Source: Candidatus Gottesmanbacteria bacterium GW2011_GWA2_43_14
GTDB lineage: Bacteria > Patescibacteriota > Microgenomatia > 2-02-FULL-39-11
DNA length: 64,000 nt
Direction of reading: 5' to 3'
NCBI GenBank assembly: GCA_000999095.1
Contig: LCFP01000002.1
Coordinates: 5,736 to 69,735 of the forward strand
In this document: positions 19,662 through 29,050 of the stretch, in pieces
Layout of the letters: the number at the start of each line of letters is the position of its first letter
Numbering within the stretch: position 1 is the first letter of the stretch
Translations under genes and position numbers: made by a program
The notes under the pieces: generated by a model
Databases searched by the model: none
What the model was told of the DNA's origin: nothing
The model's input: the letters and a program-made list of their open reading frames with translations, nothing else

Positions 19662-20762
19662 ATGAAAATAACAGTTTCAGTTATAAAAGCTGATGTCGGG
19701 TCCGTCGGCGGACACAACCGTCCCAGCGAAAAACTTTTAGCTTCACTTCATAACCATCTGAAACAAAATGCCCAAAGACTTCTCAAGGATTTTAAAGTTA
19801 CTTTTACAGGAGATGACGGCTGTCTTTTGATGAGCCATACTAAAGGGGTTGACCATCCAGAAATTCATAAACTGGCCTGGGAAGCTTTTATCGAAGCCAC
19901 CAAAGTGGCCAAAGAACAGGGCTTGTACGGCGCCGGCCAGGATCTTCTGAAAGACGCCTTTTCCGGTAATGTTCGCGGTATGGGTCCGGGTTCCTGTGAA
20001 ATGGAATTTGAGGAAAGACCTTCAGAGCCTTTAGTTCTTTTTGCCTGTGATAAAACCGATCCGGGAGCATTCAATTATCCGATTTTCCGGGGTTTTGCCG
20101 ATCCCTTTCACAACGCCGGACTTCTTTTGGCACCGGATATGGCTGTCGGCTTTGAATTTACCATCATGGATGTCAACTATACCGAAGGCGATAGGGTGAT
20201 TGTCCTGTCAACTCCGGAAAACTATTATGATATGGCCGTTTTATTACGCGATCCGGAACATTATGTCGTTGAATCTGTCAAAGCCAGGTCAACCGGAGAT
20301 GTGGCAGCGGTAGTTTCAACTTCAAGACTCCATAACATTGCCGGAAAATATACCGGAAAAGATGACCCGGTGGCGTTGGTCCGAACTCAGAAGCAGTTCC
20401 CATCAACCGGTGAAATCCTGTCTCCGTATGCTACAGCCCACTACGTGGTCGGAGACAACCGCGGCAGCCATATTGTATCCCTGATGCCCTGTAAGCAAAA
20501 TGCCATTATTTCGTTCTTTGACGGTCCGGCTATCGTGACTGCCATGGGATTCTGTATCCATAACGGCATCTTTACCGAGAGTGTCGATCTCTTCGACCAG
20601 CCGTTCTGGGACATGATCAGAAACAAGGCAGCCGAAAAAACCATGCATATCAGGGACCAGGGCTTTTTCGGTGCAGCCATGGCTCCCATGGAAGAACTGG
20701 AATATACAGGTGTTGTCGAGAGAATTAAACTCTTGGACAAGAAATTTATAATCAGGAAATAA
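19662..20762 (+). CDS. fbp: Bifunctional fructose-1,6-bisphosphate aldolase/phosphatase (class V FBPase)
   Basis: 'SVIKADVGSVGGH', 'GLYGAGQDLLKDAFSGNVRGMGP', 'DKTDPGAFN', 'AGKYTGKDDP', 'EELEYT'. Confidence 0.93.
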   Translation: MKITVSVIKADVGSVGGHNRPSEKLLASLHNHLKQNAQRLLKDFKVTFTGDDGCLLMSHTKGVDHPEIHKLAWEAFIEATKVAKEQGLYGAGQDLLKDAFSGNVRGMGPGSCEMEFEERPSEPLVLFACDKTDPGAFNYPIFRGFADPFHNAGLLLAPDMAVGFEFTIMDVNYTEGDRVIVLSTPENYYDMAVLLRDPEHYVVESVKARSTGDVAAVVSTSRLHNIAGKYTGKDDPVALVRTQKQFPSTGEILSPYATAHYVVGDNRGSHIVSLMPCKQNAIISFFDGPAIVTAMGFCIHNGIFTESVDLFDQPFWDMIRNKAAEKTMHIRDQGFFGAAMAPMEELEYTGVVERIKLLDKKFIIRK

Positions 20763-20763
20763 T

Positions 20764-22506
20764 TTGACCATTATGGCTGCCCAAGTATATTCCAAAAAAG
20801 ACAAAAAATTTCCCGTTCTCCCCAATCTGGCGGATTATGAAAAACTGCATGCCGAATTCAATTGGTCAGAGGCTTCCAAAGAACTTGACTGGTTTGAAGA
20901 CGGCAAACTGAACGCAGCTTATAATGCCATAGACCGTCATGCCAAAGGGGACAGGAAAGACAAACTGGCCTTAATCTGGGAAGGGGCAAAAGGAGAAAAG
21001 AAGCAATATACTTTTCTCGATCTATTCAAGTTATCCAACAAGTTTGCCAATCTGATTAAAAACAAAGGCGCCCAAAAAGGCGACCGTATCTTTATCTTTC
21101 TGCCCAGAATTCCTTACCTTTACACTGCTTTTTTGGCTATTCTCAAAAACGGATCTGTGGCCGGGCTCCTTTTCAGCGCTTTCCAGGAGCAGGCTCTATT
21201 GGACAGACTTTCGGATTCCGGTGCCAAAATCCTCTTTACCAACAGCGAACTGGCCAAAAGGGTTGAAGGCATCCGTTCAAAACTGCCTGAACTAAAGGAG
21301 ATTTTAATTGTTGATACGCCTGAATTTGAAAACGAATTGGCCGCTCAGCCCGATTCTTTTGAAACGGTTAAAACAGATCCTTCTGACTTTGCTTTCATGC
21401 TTTACACCTCCGGCACGACCGGCAAGCCAAAAGGCGTTGTCCACCACCATTATGCCATCGTTGCCCAGCATGCTACAGCCAAGTATGTGCTGGACATTCA
21501 TGATACGGATATTTACTGGTGCACAGCCGATCCCGGCTGGGTCACCGGCATCGCTTATACAATTTTAGGCAGCTGGAGCTGCGGCGTCACCAGTTTCATA
21601 GACGAAGGCCGCTTTGATCCTTCCAGATGGTTTCAGAAACTGCAGGATTACAAAATCAATATTTGGTATACCGCTCCCACAGCCATCCGCATGATCATGG
21701 CCGAAGGTGAAGATTTGCCCAAAAAATACGACCTTTCCCATCTCAGGCATATTCTCTCTGTCGGAGAACCTTTAAATCCGGAAGCAATCCACTGGTCAAT
21801 CAAAACGATGGGCATGCCTTTCCATGACACCTGGTGGCAGACGGAAACAGGCTGTATCTCGATTGCCAATTATCCGACCATGGATATAAAAATCGGTTCT
21901 ATGGGTAAACCGTTTTTGGGTATGGAAGCCGCAATTGTTGATGATGCGGGTAAACCGGTTGCCAATGATACGGAAGGAAATATTGCCTTAAGACCGGGTT
22001 GGCCCTCGATGATGAAAACCATCTGGCAGAGGCAGGAAAAATACGATTCTTATTTTATCAATAACTGGTATCTTTCGGGCGACCGGGGCTACCGTGACAG
22101 TGACGGTTACTTCTGGTTTATCGGCCGCAGCGATGACGTCATCAAGACTTCCGGCGAAAGGGTCGGTCCTTTTGAAGTTGAATCCGCTCTGGTAGAACAC
22201 CCGGCTGTGGTTGAAGCCGGTGTCATCGGCAAACCTGACCAAGCCAGGGGAGAAGTGATTAAAGCATTTGTCGTTCTGGAAAAAGAATATCTGGACAAAG
22301 TTAAAACGACCGAGGAAGCGCAAAAACTCAAGGATGAATTGTCCCAGTATGTTAAAAAACACCTGGCAGGACATGCATACCCCAGGGAGGTGGAATTCAT
22401 TGATAAACTGCCCAAAACAAGGTCTGGCAAAATCATGAGAAGGATCCTCAAAGCCAAGGAAATGGGTCAGCCTGTGGGAGACACTTCCACCCTCGAGGAA
22501 TATTAA
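20764..22506 (+). CDS. acsA: AMP-forming acetyl-CoA synthetase
   Basis: 'YTSGTTGKPKG', 'WCTADPGWVTG', 'SVGEPLNPE', 'DTWWQTETG', 'LPKTRSGKIMRR'. Confidence 0.92.
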   Translation: MTIMAAQVYSKKDKKFPVLPNLADYEKLHAEFNWSEASKELDWFEDGKLNAAYNAIDRHAKGDRKDKLALIWEGAKGEKKQYTFLDLFKLSNKFANLIKNKGAQKGDRIFIFLPRIPYLYTAFLAILKNGSVAGLLFSAFQEQALLDRLSDSGAKILFTNSELAKRVEGIRSKLPELKEILIVDTPEFENELAAQPDSFETVKTDPSDFAFMLYTSGTTGKPKGVVHHHYAIVAQHATAKYVLDIHDTDIYWCTADPGWVTGIAYTILGSWSCGVTSFIDEGRFDPSRWFQKLQDYKINIWYTAPTAIRMIMAEGEDLPKKYDLSHLRHILSVGEPLNPEAIHWSIKTMGMPFHDTWWQTETGCISIANYPTMDIKIGSMGKPFLGMEAAIVDDAGKPVANDTEGNIALRPGWPSMMKTIWQRQEKYDSYFINNWYLSGDRGYRDSDGYFWFIGRSDDVIKTSGERVGPFEVESALVEHPAVVEAGVIGKPDQARGEVIKAFVVLEKEYLDKVKTTEEAQKLKDELSQYVKKHLAGHAYPREVEFIDKLPKTRSGKIMRRILKAKEMGQPVGDTSTLEEY

Positions 22507-23192
22507 ATACGGAAAAGGATCACAAATTCCCCTTTTGGATTTTTAAAATATTGTCCGGCCTCTTTTGGCTTGCCTCTCCAAACTTCCTGGTGGATTTTAG
22601 TCATTTCCCGGCAGACAACGATTTCAATTTCTGAAAATAACTCCTCTAAAACTTCCAAAGTTTTGCCCAGACGGTGCGGAGACTCGTAAAAAATAATAGT
22701 CTTTTGCATACTTTTCTCTTTAAAACTTGCGAACCACTTTCTCTTTTTACTAAAAGAAGGGGGAGAGAAGCCTAAAAACAAAAAAGGCACCGGAGGCAGT
22801 CCGGATAAAGTCAGGGCTGTAACAGCAGCTGATGCCCCAGGCAAGCTGTTGATTTCGACACCCGCTTTAATAGCCAGACTGACCAGTTTAAAACCTGGAT
22901 CAGCAATAAGAGGTGTACCTGAATCGCTTACCATTGCTACTGTGAAATTTTTTTTAAGCAAACTGATAATATCAAAAGCAGCAGCTTCTTCGATTTCATC
23001 ATAGAACGGAATCAATTTTGGGACAGTTGATTTTTCGTGTCCGTATTTTTCCCTCAATATTTTCAAAAGCTGTCCTGTCCTTCTGGTATCCTCACAGGCA
23101 ATAAAATCGACTGAAAGTAAAGTATTAATGGCCCGGATGGTGATATCTTCCAGATTACCGATAGGGGTTGCTACGACAAAGAGCGTTCCCAT
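22503..23192 (-). CDS. rsmI: 16S rRNA (cytidine1402-2'-O)-methyltransferase
   Basis: Start corrected to 'MGTLFVVATPIGNLEDIT'; 'ACEDTR', 'SDSGTPLIADPG', 'YESPHR', 'CREMTKIH'. Confidence 0.93.
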   Translation of the reverse strand: MGTLFVVATPIGNLEDITIRAINTLLSVDFIACEDTRRTGQLLKILREKYGHEKSTVPKLIPFYDEIEEAAAFDIISLLKKNFTVAMVSDSGTPLIADPGFKLVSLAIKAGVEINSLPGASAAVTALTLSGLPPVPFLFLGFSPPSFSKKRKWFASFKEKSMQKTIIFYESPHRLGKTLEVLEELFSEIEIVVCREMTKIHQEVWRGKPKEAGQYFKNPKGEFVILFRI

Positions 23193-23272
23193 ATACTGGT
23201 TATAGCTTCTTTTTTTAAAAGTCGCAAGCAGTTGACAGTCATAACCTATTAAAAGTATGATATTTTCATATA

Positions 23273-23878
23273 ATGAGTAATTTAGCACTAGTCCGCCATG
23301 GTGAATCTGAATGGAATGCCAAAGGTTTATGGACAGGCTGGACTGATATAGGCTTGTCCGAAAAAGGCAGGGATGAAGCAAGAATGGCCGGACGGAAACT
23401 GTCCGGTATCGGATTTCACCACGGCTTTACTTCGGATCTTTCACGTGCCTGGCAAACTTTGGAACTGATCAAGGAAACCCTAAAAATGCAGAATATGCCT
23501 ACATCCCGTCATCCGGAATTTAAGGAAAGGCATTACGGCATTTATACGGGACAGAATAAATGGCAGATTAAAAAGAAAATCGGAGAAAAAAATTTCAGGG
23601 AACTGAGGCGCGGTTGGGATGTGCCCATTCCTGAAGGCGAAACTTTAAAAGATGTCTATGTGCGTGTCGTTAGGGGATTTGAGAATTACCTTCTGCCTGA
23701 AATTGGGAAGAACAGAAATTTAATATTGTCCGCCCACGGCAATTCGATTCGCGCCCTGATAAAACACTTGGAGAACATACCTGATAATCTAATTTCTGAA
23801 GTTGAGGTGGCAACCGGAGAAGTCATTATTTATATCTTGTCGGAATCAGGAAAAGTTATTAACAAGGAAAAAAGATAA
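23273..23878 (+). CDS. gpmA: 2,3-BPG-dependent phosphoglycerate mutase
   Basis: 'LVRHGESEWN', 'ERHYG', 'AHGNSIRAL'. Confidence 0.93.
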   Translation: MSNLALVRHGESEWNAKGLWTGWTDIGLSEKGRDEARMAGRKLSGIGFHHGFTSDLSRAWQTLELIKETLKMQNMPTSRHPEFKERHYGIYTGQNKWQIKKKIGEKNFRELRRGWDVPIPEGETLKDVYVRVVRGFENYLLPEIGKNRNLILSAHGNSIRALIKHLENIPDNLISEVEVATGEVIIYILSESGKVINKEKR

Positions 23879-24918
23879 TGGGAGGTAATAATATGCCTCA
23901 TAAAAAAGTCAGGATCGGTCTTAACGGATTCGGCCGGATCGGCAGGATTGCGTCAAGAATTATTTTGGAGAGGCAGAATCTGGAGCTGTCAGCTATAAAC
24001 AGCCGTTCTGAGGCTGAATCACATGCTTATCTTCTCAAATACGATTCCGTTTACGGTACACTTAGCCGTTCGATCACAGCTCACAATGACAGGATAATTA
24101 TAGACGGGAAAAAAATCTCCGTTTTTAAATTTTCCAGCCCTGATGAAATTCCCTGGTCACAAGCTGAAACTGATATCGTTATTGATGCCAGCGGCAAATT
24201 CAGGACAAGCGAAGTATTATCAGGTCATCTTCGGGGATCCGTCAGACAGGTAATCCTCTCAGCTCCTGCCAAGGACAGCACCAAAACCATTGTTTTAGGA
24301 GTAAATGACAGCTCGTTTAAACCGGATACGGACTTAATTATTTCCAATTCATCCTGTACCACCAATTGCCTGGCATCGATCCTAAAACCTCTTATTTCCG
24401 ATTTGGGCATCAAACGGGCTTTTATGACGACCGTGCATGCGGTGACTGATTCACAAAATCTGCTTGATAATTCTCATCCCAAGGAAGAAAGGCTCAGAAG
24501 GTCGGTATTGGCTTCAATGATTCCCGCTTCGACGGGATCAGCCCGCGATATAGTCAAACTTTTTCCGCAGTTAAAAAATAAAATTATTTGCAAAGCGATC
24601 CGAATTCCCACAGCTACGGTTTCGCTGGTCATTTTAACGGCTGAAACGGTTAAAAATACTGACATAGATGCACTCAGCCGCTTGTTTACCCAAGCTTCCA
24701 ACACTTCTCAGAAGGATTTCTTGGAATTTTCCAGGGAGCCTCTCGTATCCGTTGATTTCAAAGGCAATACGCATTCAGCCATCGTCGACGCTGGTTTAAC
24801 GGAAGTATTGGGAAATAATCAGCTAAACATTTATGCTTGGTACGATAATGAATGGGGGTATGCCAGCCGCCTGGTAGACCTGGCGGAAATGGCTGCCAGC
24901 AAGCGTAATCTTCTGTGA
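23878..24918 (+). CDS. gap: Glyceraldehyde-3-phosphate dehydrogenase type I
   Basis: 'GLNGFGRIGR', 'SSCTTNCL', 'WYDNEWGY'. Confidence 0.93.
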   Translation: MGGNNMPHKKVRIGLNGFGRIGRIASRIILERQNLELSAINSRSEAESHAYLLKYDSVYGTLSRSITAHNDRIIIDGKKISVFKFSSPDEIPWSQAETDIVIDASGKFRTSEVLSGHLRGSVRQVILSAPAKDSTKTIVLGVNDSSFKPDTDLIISNSSCTTNCLASILKPLISDLGIKRAFMTTVHAVTDSQNLLDNSHPKEERLRRSVLASMIPASTGSARDIVKLFPQLKNKIICKAIRIPTATVSLVILTAETVKNTDIDALSRLFTQASNTSQKDFLEFSREPLVSVDFKGNTHSAIVDAGLTEVLGNNQLNIYAWYDNEWGYASRLVDLAEMAASKRNLL

Positions 24919-26090
24919 ACAAAAAAACGGTCAGTGATTTAACCAGTCTTCGGGGACGGACTGCCTTTGTCACCTGCGATTTCAATATATCCCTGAAAAA
25001 CGGCAAAGCGGTCAATAATACCAGGATTGTAAAGGCTTTGCCTACCATAAATTATCTTCTCTCCCGTGGCTGCCGGGTGGTTCTGGCATCGCATCTCGGA
25101 AGGCCGCAGGGAGTTGATCCCCAATATTCATTAAAACCGGTGGCAGCAGCTTTAACTTCCCTAATAAAAAAGCCTGTCCGGCTTATAAATAATTTTTGGG
25201 ACAAATCAGCTCTTAGAGAAATTGACGAAAACAGGAGCGGAATTACGCTTTTGGAAAATATCCGCTTTTTCCCGGGCGAAAGAGAAAATGACCAGGATTT
25301 TTCCCGTCACTTGTCCCAGATGGCTGATTTCTTTGTCAATGATGCATTCGGCGCCTCCCACCGGGTTTATGCTTCGACAGTCGGCATCACCAATTACCTG
25401 CCTTCTGTAGCCGGACTTTTACTGGATCTTGAAATCCGCATGCTGTCAAAAGCCTTAAATAACCCCGAGAAGCCGTTTGTGATTTTTATCGGCGGAGCCA
25501 AAACACCCGAGAAAATTTCAGTCATTGAAAAACTATTAGATAAAGCCGATACCATTGCTTTGGGAGGAGCCATCGCCAATACTTTTCTGGCCGCCTGGGG
25601 ATTTGGTCTGGGACAATCGATGGTTGATTATGAAATGGTGGAAATGGCCAGGGTTGTATTTTGGAAAGCTACACGCATCCATTCGGCATTGGTTTTACCG
25701 GTAGATGTAATGATCCAGGCAAACGGCGGTAAAGCCCTACCCAGAGTATCCGATTACGATAAAGTGCCCAACGGTTCAGCCATTTACGATATCGGTCCGG
25801 CAACCGTAAATATTTATTGCAAATTACTTAAAGGTGCGGGAACCGTTATCTGGAACGGACCGATGGGATTTTATGAAAATAAGCATTACAAAAAGGGAAC
25901 GGACTCGATTCTTAAGGAAATTACCCGGGCCCGGGCATTTTCCATCGTCGGCGGAGGTGACACTTTATCCTGTCTGGATAAAAAAGATTATTTCGATAAA
26001 ATTTCCCATGTCTCAACCGGCGGCAGTGCCATGCTGGAATTTATGAAAGAAGGTACTTTGCCCGGTATAGAAGTCCTGCTGGACAAATAA
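24915..26090 (+). CDS. pgk: Phosphoglycerate kinase
   Basis: 'SHLGRP', 'LLENIRF', 'NDAFG', 'GGAK', 'WNGPMG', 'VSTGGSA'. Confidence 0.94.
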   Translation: MNKKTVSDLTSLRGRTAFVTCDFNISLKNGKAVNNTRIVKALPTINYLLSRGCRVVLASHLGRPQGVDPQYSLKPVAAALTSLIKKPVRLINNFWDKSALREIDENRSGITLLENIRFFPGERENDQDFSRHLSQMADFFVNDAFGASHRVYASTVGITNYLPSVAGLLLDLEIRMLSKALNNPEKPFVIFIGGAKTPEKISVIEKLLDKADTIALGGAIANTFLAAWGFGLGQSMVDYEMVEMARVVFWKATRIHSALVLPVDVMIQANGGKALPRVSDYDKVPNGSAIYDIGPATVNIYCKLLKGAGTVIWNGPMGFYENKHYKKGTDSILKEITRARAFSIVGGGDTLSCLDKKDYFDKISHVSTGGSAMLEFMKEGTLPGIEVLLDK

Positions 26091-26096
26091 AACAGG

Positions 26097-26720
26097 CTAT
26101 TGATACTTCCGGTAAACAGCCACGACCCGGCCCTGGATTTTGACATGGGTTGTGAAAATGGGAGACATGGCGGCATTGGCAGGTTCGAGTCTGATTCTCT
26201 CTTTTTCAAAAAAGATACGTTTCAGAGTAGCCAGGCCGTTCGGCAGGATTGCCACGACAATATCTCCGTTTTGGGCTTCACTTTGGTGTTGGACAACCAC
26301 AAAATCACCGTCGAGGATGCCTTCATCAATCATTGAGGTACCTTTTACCTGGAGGATATATCCTGGCTTCTTGCCGGAAAGCATGCTGGCAGGGACAGAC
26401 TGGTAATAATTGGGGTCAGTGTGCGGTTCCAGGGGGCTGCCAGCTGCTATGTAGCCGAGTACGGGTAATTCGACCGCAGTTTCATTTTCATTGAATTTAG
26501 CTCTTTGGCTGACTACCTCAATCGAACGTTCATAGCCGGGAGTCCGCTTGATATAGCCTTTTGTTTCCAGTCTGGAGAGATGTTCATGTATAGTCGAAGC
26601 GGCACTCAAGCCCAGGCTCTCGGCGATTTCCATCAGCGTCGGGGCATAGCCATGCCGCTGAATGTACTGCTGGATGAATTCCAAGGTCTGCCGTTCGCGA
26701 TTATAAAGGATGTTTGCCAT
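26097..26720 (-). CDS. lexA: SOS repressor LexA
   Basis: N-terminal wHTH 'GYAPTLMEIA'; 'IAAG' cleavage site; 'GTSM' Ser; 'ATLKR' Lys. Confidence 0.93.
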   Translation of the reverse strand: MANILYNRERQTLEFIQQYIQRHGYAPTLMEIAESLGLSAASTIHEHLSRLETKGYIKRTPGYERSIEVVSQRAKFNENETAVELPVLGYIAAGSPLEPHTDPNYYQSVPASMLSGKKPGYILQVKGTSMIDEGILDGDFVVVQHQSEAQNGDIVVAILPNGLATLKRIFFEKERIRLEPANAAMSPIFTTHVKIQGRVVAVYRKYQ

Positions 26721-26774
26721 AAATTAAGCGAAAGAATAAATGCTTAATATCATTTAAACTAAGGTATTAAATCC

Positions 26775-26803
26775 AGAATAGATTAAAAAAAAGCGAATGT
26801 CAA
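26775..26803 (-). promoter_or_regulatory. sigma70-like promoter of lexA
   Basis: Minus strand TTGACA (26803-26798)-N17-TATTCT (26780-26775). Confidence 0.6.
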
Positions 26804-26944
26804 GATGGACAAACCTGATAAAACTGATGCTTTCTGTAAACACCATAATTACCTATAGGGTGGTTCAACGGATGAATCATAAAATTACAATATAGGGGGG
26901 TCAAAAATTGCGCGGATTTGTGTTAAAATTAAAGATTCCAAAAA

Positions 26945-29050
26945 ATGAATTTTAAACTTAAATCACCTTTCCAGCCTACCGGAGACCAGCCTCGGGCTGT
27001 TAGGAGTCTGACCGATGGCTTGGAAAAAGGACTTAAATCACAAGTACTTTTGGGGGTGACCGGCAGCGGCAAGACCTTCACCATGGCCAAAGTCATAGAA
27101 AAACTCAACAAACCCACTTTGATCATCTCGCACAATAAAACACTGGCTGCTCAGCTTTATCAGGAATTCCATGAATTTTTTCCGGAAAATGCCGTATCCT
27201 ATTTCGTTTCCTATTATGATTTTTATCAGCCCGAAGCTTATATTCCCCGGAGCGATACCTATATTGAAAAGGAAACTGAAATCAATGAAGAAATCGATAA
27301 ACTGCGGCTTTCCGCCACTACCAATCTTTTGACCAGGGCTGATACGATTGTGGTCGCCTCCGTTTCCTGCATCTACAGTTTGGGTAACCCGGAAGAATAC
27401 GGCAAATTCGTCCTCGAATTGGCCTGCGGTGCCGTCATCAGCCGTGAAGCTATTTTTATGCGTCTGGTGGATCTGCAGTATCAGAGAAGTGATTTTGGTT
27501 TCCACAGGTCGACTTTCCGGGTGCGTGGAGAAAATATCGATGTTTTTCTGGCATATGAGCCATATGCCTTAAGAATTAAAAATAACGGGCAGAAAATCAT
27601 CTCGATAAAAAAAATCGATCCTTTAACCGGTAAAGTCCTGGAAGAAAAAGAAAAAGAAGTTATATATCCTGCCAAACATTATCTGTCGGAAACCTTCAGC
27701 CAGGAAGATATTTTCAAGGAAATTCAGCGTGATCTTGAGAAAAGGTGTCAGGAATTTAAAAAAGACGATAAACTTTTGGAGTCCCACAGACTTAACCAGA
27801 AAGTCAATTTTGACCTGGAGATGATCAGGGAAATGGGGTATGTCAACGGTATTGAAAATTATTCCCGTTATTTCGACGGTCGCAAACCGGGTGATCCGCC
27901 ATATACCCTGCTTGATTATTTTAATAAACCTTACGGCCAGGATTGGCTCTTGATCATCGACGAGTCGCATATAAGTGTCCCGCAAATCCGCGGCATGTAT
28001 AACGGCGACCGCAGCCGTAAACAGGTCCTTTGCGATTACGGCTTCCGTCTGCCTTCTGCCCTTGACAACCGACCCCTGCGCTTTGAAGAATTTCTTACTC
28101 GCATCCCCCGGACTGTCTTTATATCCGCGACTCCGGCTGATTGGGAAATCAGACAAGCCTCCGAATCTGCCGGTAAAAAGGGATTGCCCGGTAACGGCAT
28201 CGCAGAACAGTTGATCCGCCCGACAGGTATAACCGATCCCAAAATCCAAATACGGCCAACCAAAGGCCAGATTATCGATCTCGTCAGTGAAATTCTGGAA
28301 CGTAAAAAAAGGAATGAGCGGGTATTGGTAACCACATTGACTAAAAGAATGGCCGAAGACCTGGCAGACTATATTAAAACGGAAAAATACCGTGATTTGG
28401 AAAAGTTTAAAAACATAACTGACGCGGAAGCACCTCTGGCTGCCTATCTTCACAGCGATATCGAAACATTGGAAAGAAGTGATATATTGGATGATTTAAG
28501 AGCCGGAAAATATGACTGCCTGATCGGTATTAATCTCCTGCGGGAGGGGTTGGATCTGCCGGAAGTCTCTTTAGTTGCCATTCTCGATGCCGACAAGGAA
28601 GGTTTTTTGCGGAGCGAAACATCATTGATCCAAACCATGGGTCGGGCTGCCAGGCACATTGAAGGCAGGGTGATCATGTATGCCGACAACATAACCGGAT
28701 CGATGCAGAGGGCTATATCTGAAATTGACCGCAGGCGCCGGATTCAGAAGGAATACAACCAGAAAAATAAAATTACGGCAACACAAATTGTCAAACCCAT
28801 CAGGGCAAAACTAGTCGAGAAAAAAGAGGAAAAAGACAATTTGGAAAATCTCTTTTTGCAAAAGAAAGAAAAACTGGATAAATTTATTTCACTCGATCCG
28901 GACGAATTGACACCGTTTGACCTGAGGAAACTGGCTAACAGGCTCGAACACGAAATGAAAAAAGCTGCCGCGGCTCTGGATTTCGAACTGGCAGCTTCAA
29001 TCCGGGACAAAATAAGGGAGATAAAAACTCGCCTGGGAGAAAAAATATGA
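26945..29050 (+). CDS. uvrB: Excinuclease ABC subunit B
   Basis: 'PTGDQP', 'GVTGSGKT', '[10 protein letters not shown]', 'DESH', '[11 protein letters not shown]'. Confidence 0.97.
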   Translation: MNFKLKSPFQPTGDQPRAVRSLTDGLEKGLKSQVLLGVTGSGKTFTMAKVIEKLNKPTLIISHNKTLAAQLYQEFHEFFPENAVSYFVSYYDFYQPEAYIPRSDTYIEKETEINEEIDKLRLSATTNLLTRADTIVVASVSCIYSLGNPEEYGKFVLELACGAVISREAIFMRLVDLQYQRSDFGFHRSTFRVRGENIDVFLAYEPYALRIKNNGQKIISIKKIDPLTGKVLEEKEKEVIYPAKHYLSETFSQEDIFKEIQRDLEKRCQEFKKDDKLLESHRLNQKVNFDLEMIREMGYVNGIENYSRYFDGRKPGDPPYTLLDYFNKPYGQDWLLIIDESHISVPQIRGMYNGDRSRKQVLCDYGFRLPSALDNRPLRFEEFLTRIPRTVFISATPADWEIRQASESAGKKGLPGNGIAEQLIRPTGITDPKIQIRPTKGQIIDLVSEILERKKRNERVLVTTLTKRMAEDLADYIKTEKYRDLEKFKNITDAEAPLAAYLHSDIETLERSDILDDLRAGKYDCLIGINLLREGLDLPEVSLVAILDADKEGFLRSETSLIQTMGRAARHIEGRVIMYADNITGSMQRAISEIDRRRRIQKEYNQKNKITATQIVKPIRAKLVEKKEEKDNLENLFLQKKEKLDKFISLDPDELTPFDLRKLANRLEHEMKKAAAALDFELAASIRDKIREIKTRLGEKI

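Noticed and set aside
22503-23381. 292-aa N-terminally extended RsmI from the ORF track
   Set aside because: The extension overlaps gpmA on the opposite strand; the family start MGTLFVVATPIGN is at 23192.
27623-28453. 276-aa antisense ORF within uvrB, and similar shadow ORFs in uvrA, ppsA and efp
   Set aside because: They are antisense shadows of conserved genes with no independent motifs.
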